A stretch of 64,000 bases of DNA from Lingula anatina (taxonomy: Eukaryota; Animalia; Brachiopoda). The notes below the pieces were generated by a model. That model was not told where the DNA came from. It made no database searches and saw only the letters and a program-made list of their open reading frames with translations. How positions within the stretch are numbered: the stretch's first letter is position 1; the number at the start of each line of letters is the position of its first letter. A program made the translations under genes and the position numbers. Location of the stretch: assembly GCA_051362555.1 (NCBI GenBank), contig CM120646.1:14570001-14634000 (forward strand), given 5' to 3'. Shown piece by piece: positions 54,156-64,000 of this stretch.

Positions 54156-55965
54156 AATAAACAACCAGAGAGACAATGCTGCTGCACGTGTGTATACGTT
54201 TAGCGACTGTTTTCTTTCACTCATTATATTTCACTTTGAGCCAACATAACAAAAATGTTCAGTTATATATATATAAACATTTGCAGGTTTGTTGATGATG
54301 GATTAACTGTAAACGAAGTTAATTTGAAGTTAAAATGTACATCTCTTTTTCAATGGCTTTAAATCAAATAAAAAAGAAACTAATGTAAATTAATTGAACA
54401 GATTGAAATTTGAAGACAACGACATCTAAGAAACAGATTTAATTTACAGGAAGTATCTTTCATGGCCCGTGATTAGTCATTTTCTAAGTCACTGTGAATC
54501 CTGTCAGATAGAAGTCTTGGATCCGGTGTAACAGGAATGGCAATTTACTAGGAAACGGAGTCTGTTTCCCATTACTTTGTCCAGATGACATGCGTCCTAT
54601 ATACTGACCCCGATACTCCGACTCACCCTAACCTGTATTAATCACATGGGGCACACACACACACACATAAACACACACACACATATAAACTGCAGCACTT
54701 GGCTGCAACACATGCATTGGTAGTGATGCTTAGTTAAGTTCTTCTATGTATGTATTGCTTATTTGACAGGATTGTACAAAGCCAAAACGTGTCAATAATT
54801 GTTATATCCTCTTAAGACCAAACACGACAGCAACAATAACATCCACTTTCACATAAAATCCAACATCAACTGCACTGGGCAAGAAATTCGATCTTTTTCT
54901 AGAATTTCCAAACATAAGTATTTACCAGTAGATCTTCAAAGAAGTATAAATTAATAGCAATTTTTGCCACACACCCAGATAGAACTTGCTTGATAATAGG
55001 CCCTGACAGTATTCCATTTGTCATGTGGTATTGGTGATATGTTCCCTTCACTCCGATTGACCACAGATAATAAAATAAGTGTTTGTTTTTTTTTTTGGAT
55101 ATGTCAGCCAAAAGATAATTACTGAAAGACATAATTTTATGAAGTAACAAACTAGGTATCAATAGACACACTGTGATGAGGTTTATTATAAGAATCTGGT
55201 GAGGTTGAACGAAGTAAGAAAAATGTTCAATATAGACATAACGATCTTCAATCCCTTTTAAAAATCTATCTACGTTGTGAAAGGGGAAAGAAGGAATAGA
55301 TAAAAAGAGACAATAGATCAACCAATGAATAAACAGTTTTACGGATTTCATCTTAAAAAGCTACAGGGGTGACAAAATTATCTTTCTTTAAGGGAAACAA
55401 CAGTTTGGTTTGTTAGTTTTTTCAATTATTTTATTGAAAACACATTGTGTCAAGTGAGTGTCTTTATTCTAAGTTTACAGAACAGTGTATTGCCCTTACA
55501 CAACACATGCTATTATGTCAGAATTAATATTTTGTAGGATAGACACGTGATCTGATCTACAAGTAGATAATGACAGCTGAGTTTGAAAGCTAAACATACG
55601 TGCTCTCTCCCCTCTGTCTTGTGTGATGTTACCCGACCACCGACCTGGCACGGTAACTTCATTGTTGCATATTGAGGTGGGTGTTTTAAAACTCACTTTT
55701 TTTTACTAATCGATTGTTTTTATAGTCTTTATAGTGTGGTTATCGATTTTAACACATCTCTGATGTACATATTAAGGAGTCCCATATTTACAAACATTTC
55801 TGCACACATTTCGTTTGTGGGGTTTCAAGGAGACCCACATTATGCCAAATATTCTGTAAGACCCATCATCCTTAATATTATAATGTAATGTGTCAGCATA
55901 AGCTATTGACAACATTGCATCTGTTAAGCTTGTCCGATTGCAAAGGTGAGGCTAAAGCAAGCTAT

Positions 55966-56109
55966 GCTATAAATAAGCTCTGGAGATTGTTATCGAATCG
56001 TTATAATTGGTATCATTTGACCTCGCCAAACTCCTCGTTGTCAACAAAGAGCGATCGCTGTATCTGAGACATTATAGAGGCATAGCTTCTAACATCACTA
56101 CGAACCAAG
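55966..56109 (+). promoter_or_regulatory. Putative TATA box and non-coding first exon of GT2 copy 3
   Basis: TATAAATA at about 55968. Exon end cactacgaaccaag|gtaaga is homologous to 28060, and the downstream intron is homologous to 28061-28240. Confidence 0.55.
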
Positions 56110-56958
56110 GTAAGAATTTTTTAACAATAAATATGATTAAATTTAAAGAAAACGCAGCACATTTATTTTTTCTTTCAAGTATGTTGTTGCTTTCATTCGT
56201 TTAAGTTTATTTCCATGTTATTTCATAGTCACATTGATTATTAGCTGCATGGTGCCTCTTTTTCAGTTACTTTTTATTTATCTATTTTTATTTCTTGACA
56301 CGAGCGTAATCTCATTTAACAGGCTTAAGGTATCCACGTATTTACCTTTTAATACAGTTAATCGCTATAACATTATTTAGGGTGGGGTCATTACAAACCA
56401 TCCACACGCAACGAAAATGTCAGTAAAAATTGAGGTTTTAAATCCTCATGAAAATACAACATGAAGCCAAACTTTACTTGCAAGTGTTTCAAGGCTGTAA
56501 AGACATGCAGGTTTACAATTCTGTCAATATTTTGCGTAGTCTTCGGACGAGCCGCAGCAAAAGACTTTTACTTTCCCTTTATTCCTAGAGTTAAACTTAA
56601 TTAGAATACGTATGAGAGGAGACGGGGGCGCCACTTATGAGAAGGCCACACTACTTATGAGTAGGCTGGAGGAAAATTTGCTTATTTGGGTGTTCTGAAA
56701 AGTTGTTCAGTAATTTCTTTATGCTCATTTGTTTAAAGTCGTCAGGACTTTGTACATGGTTGTTTCATGACATTTCTCAGATATCTGAGGGTAAACTTGC
56801 ATTTTACTGCACATTTGGACTAAGATATCGGGACTTTCAACGCACTGGAAGCCAATACTGAAGAGACAAGTTACACTTGTTATATATGTTGAATTTAGAT
56901 TTCTGCTCACCCAAGGACAAATTGTTCTAAGAGCAGATTCAGAACAAGTTGACCCGCG

Positions 56959-57153
56959 GACTAAATATTGCCGTCCCTACTTAAAAGCAAACCACCTAAT
57001 CTCTTGTTGGTATCCCCGTCCCCACACGCGCCGTCCCAGCATGAATAAAACCTCGGAGCCGAGATGTGATCCGCTTAATGGCGCGTGTGGAGACCGAGGG
57101 GCCATCATGGGATTAGGCGTCTTGCTTTTAAGTGGGATCGGTTATATTTAGTC
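56959..57153. mobile_element. Foldback MITE-like element (about 195 bp)
   Basis: gactaaatattgccgtccctacttaaaagcaa...ttgcttttaagtgggatcggttatatttagtc are imperfect inverted arms. The inner part also pairs (ccacacgcgcc / ggcgcgtgtgg). Confidence 0.7.
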
Positions 57154-57559
57154 TGCAGATTATCTGCTCTGAATGCGCTCTAATAGAACCATGAAAAGGT
57201 ATGTATATGCATATGCGACAGATATGCTGATAGACATTGATGCCAAAAGTAAGTGAGGGGTATCATCAAAAACCTGGGCAACGATGAAAGACCTAAACAT
57301 AATTATACCTGCGGGGGTCATGGTGTATGGTGACCCGAAGCAAGCCAATTGTGACTATCATCTATTATGACCTAATGAGGTTTTCCTCTGAGCTAAAGCA
57401 GATGGGTCCCAACTTTGATAATTTGAGGAGACCGATAACAATAGATTGGTTAAATATGGAGGTGGTAACAAACGTGTTCACTAGACATTGGAAAACTATT
57501 ATCCCAGCCTATGAGTCCGCAGAGGAAAAAGAAAAGCCCATTCCTGGATGATATAAAAC

Positions 57560-59330
57560 TAATTGGAAAACCATACTCAATGACCGGCCTTTCATTTACA
57601 ATAGCTACAATGAACAGTAGATCAGTGAGGAAAAAAGCAGTGATGATACGTGATTCTGTTTTGGGAAAAAACCTCGATTTGATAACTATAGTTGAAACCT
57701 GGCTTACTCCCAGTGTGCACCTGTCGGTATTGGCTGATATGGTCCCCACTGGTTATAGATGCATTCAAATACCGCGACTAAAAAGACCCGGCCGTGAAGT
57801 AGCATTTCTTGCCAAGAAAGTTTCCGGATGAGGCAAGTGGAACCTGTCGTTTCTCCAACCTCCTTAGCGCTTGTTGAACCACGGGCAGAATTATCGGTGG
57901 GGCTTGAATGTTGAGAAGAGATCAAAGGTTCATCAGCTGAGAGCAATTCCTTCTCAAAGCCAACTGCGTGCGGACATCTCCCGATTATCGGTGACCTTTT
58001 GTGTCATTTAAACAGGTAGGTACAGACCAGGTGACACTTCGGGTGGATGAGATAACAAACTCTAAGAGATTAGGTGAACGCATATTTATTGTATTATTTC
58101 GGAAGCTACATGATCGAGAATATGATACTAGTATGTTTGTTCTTGAAGGAATTCAAAATGCTCAATACGGTGAAGTAAATTGTGTCCGGAAAATGTTTTT
58201 TTTTAACTCACAATATCGGCCCTCATTGCATTATGTAGTCACACGAGCATTTGTGATACCCAGAAACGCACCTGTAGGTTTTTAAATATTTTTTAATCAT
58301 CATTAACATCAACAATGTTGTGTACTTCATATAAAGATGGATGTTACCGGCTAAGGGCTGCTTGAATTTGGGAATGGTAATTAATAATTAATAATTATTA
58401 ACTCTCAATATCGGCTCTAATTGCAAAATGGCGTCACACAAGCATTAATGAGACCCAGAAACGCACCTGCGTATCTTTAAATATATTTTAATGTTGACAT
58501 CACCACTACTAAGTACAGAATCCTTCCATCGAAGAAAAACAACATCAAAAATTCTACCTTCTTTGAAGACCACCTAAAATAACTTCATGTAGAGCCCTAT
58601 CAGAACGGCCGACTGTGCTAGAAGATTTCAATATAGATTGGAAAGAACTGACAACAGTGAAACAAATAAATTCATGTCAAGTCTAGATAGTTTCAATTTA
58701 GAAAAACATTTTATTAGGTAAAACCATGTGCATAGCCACACACTAGATCTGATTATAACCAAGAAAAGGGATGAACTTGTAAATTTCTGTTCTGTCGGTC
58801 ACCTCCTCTGTGATCGCCCTCTCTGTGACCATGACGTGTGGAAAGCCACTGCCAGTGAAAGAATCGGTTTTCATTGAAGAATGAAGATTTGAATCCTCTC
58901 GAGTTGTAACAGATCTTGGAAGAGAAATTATTTTAATAATTTAAAAATGTCAGTATCAGCGACCTAGACCCAAACTGGTCTATTGAGTTACATGGCAAGC
59001 TGCTGTCTAATAGTTTCGACATCATAGGTCCAATGAAATCAACTTTATTGTCAAGAGGGACTTGCAGCCAAGGATGAATTGTGATATCCTGAATGCGTAA
59101 AGGAGAAGACGGAAGGCAGAAAGTTTATGGCGTAAAACCAAACTCACTCACCAAATCTACAGAAATGAATGCAACAAAGTGAATGGCCTAATCAAATATA
59201 TAAACTCGGTTGTATACTCGCTGTATCATCAAGAAACCATGAAATTTCCTTAAAACGAAATTGAAAAACCGTTTTTCCAATCTAAGGGCCTGGATGGTAA
59301 AGAACAAACCTATGATAAATAACAGCACTA
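57560..59330 (+). mobile_element. Degraded CR1/L2-clade LINE ORF2 fragments in intron 1 of GT2 copy 3
   Basis: APE endonuclease N-terminus ATMNSRSVRKK..DLITIVETWL..PTGY; later DFNIDW and HTLDLIIT remnants (about 58620-58760), KRRRRKAE (about 59100) and the RT C-terminal RAWMVKNKPMIN (about 59285). Interrupted by indels. Confidence 0.75.
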
Positions 59331-59415
59331 TATATTTTTATTCACGGTTATTTTCATGCATTTTAGTGGCCAAACTATGCTTTATTCATTATCTCTCTGT
59401 TTTTACAGATAAACA

Positions 59416-62400
59416 ATGGCTGACGTTGTTCCGATTTCCTTCACACGACGATTGAGCGTGAGCGTGGACGATTTTTCATTTCAAGGGAAAGTTGGTCCCA
59501 CTCTCCCTAGTGTTGACAGTGGAATAAATATACAAGTAGATATACAAAACAGCAGCTTCACCTCGATGGACACTGTGTCACGTGTCTCAAAATCCGTCAA
59601 TCTCGACAAACAGGTCCCGGATTGTGACGGGAGGTTTCACTGCTCCCCTGCTGATGATGGGCACTCCATCGTGGATGACGACACCGCCAGTGTGACGTCA
59701 GGAAGTGACAGCGAAAGTGGCATTGACAGCACCCCAGAAAGTGCGGTTCACACACTCCAAAAACCTTTCAAAAATAAACAGCCAGCCTCAAAGAAAAATG
59801 TGGATTTCTCTAATCCCAAAGATGGTAAGGCTACCAGTAGTACCTGCTACGCGTATGTTAATGACGATGATTAAAAACCTAGCAAAGAAATGATTCCAAT
59901 ATATAAAAGCCATAATGCTCATCTTTTAGATTTCAGATGGGGCATTATCACCCTTCAAGTTTACATGACAGAGAAAGACTTCAACTATGCATCTCAGCGA
60001 CAATACATTAACCTTCTATTCTCACTTTTGTCACACAGAAGATGAACCTGCAATCAACTTTGTGCACTTCTCTACAAATTTGTTCTTACTTAAAAACATT
60101 CACTAGTTACTGGTTACATGTAGGTCAAGTTTATCAATGGTTTTCTAAATACGACAACAACAGAATAGAGAGAAATGCTTAGGCCTAGTTTCCGAAATAT
60201 TCCGTATTGTAAGTAAGAGTATTTTCTTTGTCCTACACGAAATACGTATTTACAAACCTATCACTTTCAAACGTACGCATCTAACAAGATACTTAAACTG
60301 CATTCAGAACTGTCACGGAAACTGAAGGAGCAATACAAACCCGAATACCTTGATTCCACCATGGCTGAGTTTCAAGTGGAACAGAACATAACGCACGCTG
60401 GCGTCCACCTTTCATTTAGTGGCGAAGGTCTCGCAGAAGAGAGCAAAGACAGTATCACCTCAACATTTTCAGAAGAAGATGAGAAAAACACAAGAAAGTA
60501 TATCACGGCAGGCAGTTATGAACTACCTCCAGAGGGAGCCGTCCCAGGAAGAAAATCACCAATTCATGGTGCAAATGACACAGGAATTTCCCATAAACCA
60601 ATGAAGACAGGAAAACAGAGGTTCAGGTGGAACCCTATGTTTAACCTTCTCTTCTGGATCATCGTCCCAATGCCTGTGTGGGTGCCGTTTGTGTCACAGA
60701 CCGTCGCCTGGTACTTAATTCCGGTTGTCCAGGCTCTTTTTGTCTTCATGTGGGTAGTCGTGGTTACCTTGGCCTGCAAGAATATGATTGTCCTTTACAT
60801 GTAAGTATTGACTTCTGAATGACCTCTTATTTTAAAAGATATTTAAGCCACGAAGAAACAATGACGAAAGATGTTTTAATTCTTGAAATTCGTGTTGATC
60901 GAAGTATAGTATATATATATATATTGTTGGAGTGCATGCGTGTGTCTCTTTCACGAAGAGGGCTCAAACTGGTGATACTGGGAGGATGTACCAAGTCGAA
61001 CGCATTATGTTGATGTAACCGGTGGTTTCACGGATGCTTTTATTAACATAAAAACACCGATCTTCAGACATCCGCCTTCACCTTGAAATACGTATTGTGG
61101 TGAGTTCTTTTGAAGAGAAGACACCGGAAGTGCAAACAAGATGTATATATTTATAGGCATACTATTATTGCCACAAAATTCTAAGATTAATATGCTATAA
61201 TTTCGTATTTCAGGAAAAAAAATAAAGATTTCCGAAAAGACTATCCGGATTACACTGACATCAGCCACCTGGTGGCCATCAGCTGTTACAAGGAACCAGT
61301 AGAACTGATTGCAAGAAGCGTTCAGACTTTAGCAGACCAGACCGAAGTCGGGCGCATCTCCATGGTGATTTCCTTTGAAGAGAAGACACCGGAAGTGCAA
61401 ACAAAATGCGATAAACTTCGTGAGATTATTAAGGATGCTGGTTTCGAGCGTCTAATTTTCACCATTCACCCGTTTGGTCTTCCAAATGAGATCCCAGGAA
61501 AGTGCTCCAATGCCAATCACGGCCTCCGCCAGGCGACGCAGGTAATGCAAGAGGAGCTTGGGGCGTACTTCGATGCTGAAAAGATTATCGTGACCACTTG
61601 TGACGCCGACTCATACTTCCACCCTAGCTACATCGCAGCTCTGACTTCCAAGTTCATGAAAGAAAAGACCCCCCATGGAGTCGTATTCCAGGCACCCTTG
61701 TTCTACAACTGGGGATTGGATGGAAGTAGCTTTGTCACCCGTGTCACCGGCCTTCTCCGTACCACTCTGATGATGGGGGCTCTCATTCCATTCAACATCA
61801 ATTCCATGAGCATTTTCTCCTTTTCTCTGCGGCTGTGTATTGATGGAAACTTTGTTCACCCCGCCTACCAGATGGACGACATCATTTGCCTGATCCGATG
61901 GATGGGCGTTACTCGTCGCCGCATCCGTACTCCGATGATCCCGGTCCCCGTCATCAGCGGACCGACATCCGGTGAGACCGTGGAGCTAGAAGTGGCTGAG
62001 TGGGCGCGTCAAGCCAGAAGATGGACCATTGGTGCCGCTGAAGTCTTCCACTACTACGTTATTAAAGCTGGTCGCATGCCTTTCTGGCCTGCCTTCTCCT
62101 GGGGTCTTTGTTTCCTTTCATACTACGGCATCCTACTCTGTTCGGGAGGTTTGTACGGTATCTCTGCCGGTTTGTCTATGGCTTTCCTGGTAAAAGACTC
62201 ACCGTTCTACATTTACTACGTGATGTACGGTTTGGCCGGGCTCCAGCAACTCGCGTTCCTTGGGGTTTTCATGATGGATGTATTCGGACCAAGATTGATG
62301 AAGGTCAAAGAGCATATAAGTTTCGTTCGTAACTTTCTTCATTTTCTCCTCACTCCGCTGGTGCTACTAGGGTATTCCTTGGTGGAGTTCTACGCCCTGC

Positions 62401-62474
62401 ACGAAGTTGCTATCAGAGGAAAGGAAGTCTGTAAACATGGCGCCTCAAAGAAGAGTGCACTGGGAAGTGTTTAA
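59416..62474 (+). CDS. GT2 processive glycosyltransferase, copy 3, about 720 aa
   Basis: Exons 59416-59824, 60308-60800 and 61214-62474 (2163 nt, in frame, GT-AG). The catalytic exon is almost identical in protein to copy 1, with all motifs intact. Confidence 0.88.
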
Positions 62475-64000
62475 GTGATATTTTTGTACAGACCTAAAAA
62501 ATTTTTCGGAAAGAAATCAAAAACCGACGGGTTATTCCTACTCGTGGGGACCACGCTTGCAAGCCACACGCTTTGGGAATTCGTACACCAGATATCAGTA
62601 CTCACGTGCTGTTCTCAACTGTCACAGTACGTCAAAACTGTCTCGTTAATACCACTGAATTATATCTAACAAAGACCAGCTCGTTGATAACTACATTTTT
62701 AGCAAATATTCTCCTTACAGTTGAGAAATGTAAACGTAATAACCAAAGAAATATCTTTAAATACCAAACGAGAATAAGAATTCATGTGACCCTGCTAGTG
62801 GGCAATCATCTTATCAGTTAAAGCTTTTAAAGTGGTATTTTATCAATAATGATGCAGTCTCGTATCCATTTGAAAAACCCTCGTATTGCATATAACACGA
62901 CTTGCATTATCTTTCTTTAATGCTATGAGTGGCTTCGATGAATGCTCGCTCGTTATCGTCAATTTTAAATTGATTGTTTATTCACCGTTAATTGGTAAAC
63001 ATTGTGCGCCCTCTTTAGGGGTTAAACCTTCTCCCAAACAGGTCAAAGTGGAAACTTTATGCTGAATACATGTACAATCGTGGCACTTGTTAGCGTTAGA
63101 TGCTGAAACTGCATCTCGGTGCCACGCGTTTTATTTAAAACTTTAGACTTCTTGTCTCTTGTGTTTTGTAAGACTTGTTCTGAACAGTTCAACTAAGACT
63201 TACTGTCTCTTTTGAGCAAATTTTAATTTATTCAAATTTAAACGTACACGTTTATTAATTTTTTTTCATAAAAGTACTTTAAGCTTTTAAAATAAATATC
63301 TTTTACTGTATATAAGGATGTTATTCTTAGTTAACTCCAGATTATTGTCTCGTGTTTATTTATTAGAAAATCACTCTATGCAATATAATCAAGCATGTTG
63401 CAGTAGTTTTCATATAAAATGCATTCCATTTCATTATGTGCAGATTATTACGGATTAGTAAAATGAATTAAGGTTTACTCTAAGTGAACATATCTCTATA
63501 AAAGAAATGTTGTTTTTTGTTATCGTATTGTTAAAGCTTTATGTTATAATATCGTTTTTACATTTAGGCTTCTGGTAAGCGACTGGTTGTTTGGTGCCTC
63601 GCTTGCTTGTCATAGTTGTTTTAACGATAGATTTGTTGTATCATAATTGTATATATATGCATATGTTAATTTATTAATAAAAAATATACATATTTAAACA
63701 AACTTAATCTATTTCAAACTTTATCTATTTTTACGTAATAACGACGAAGAATTAACACATTAATAAGAGCTCAGACAATTTATTATTTAGTTGAGCTCAC
63801 ACGAAAGAACCATTTTCGGACAAACTTTTCCCTTTCTTTAACACGCTAATGTTCGAAACAGAAACGTTCTTATTATTTTCGTTGTCGTTGTCTTCTGACA
63901 ATTCAGTAGACTTCGGCGGTTTAATGATGATCCATTTTTAGTTTACAATTACATTATTTGACAAGAAATGGTACAAAAACATTGAATCCAAGTGCAAAGA

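Noticed and set aside
54899-55351. 150-aa hydrophobic ORF
   Set aside because: AT-rich composition with no motif or splice support; likely a chance ORF.

Overview
Eukaryotic, AT-rich, intron-rich DNA from an invertebrate animal. A lophotrochozoan/mollusc origin is my inference from the repeat types and gene structure, not a tested assignment. Left part: the end of a Sushi/CCP exon, a 16-coding-exon CCDC13 gene (+), a composite Helentron-associated (HINE-like) element carrying satellite arrays, and a 3-exon SEM1/DSS1 gene (-) missed by the ORF track. Right part: a tandem cluster of three spliced genes for a membrane-embedded GT2 processive glycosyltransferase with the D,D,D,QxxRW signature (QARRW). 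It does not look like the usual animal GT2 enzymes (chitin synthase, hyaluronan synthase, egghead) and resembles cellulose-synthase-like enzymes. Copy 2 is N-terminally truncated next to a BEL/Pao remnant and carries substitutions clustered at catalytic motifs. Between copies 2 and 3 lies a 3-exon gene for a signal peptide + mucin + somatomedin-B protein with a likely GPI tail. Tc1, MITE, LINE and degenerate hammerhead-like relics are interspersed.
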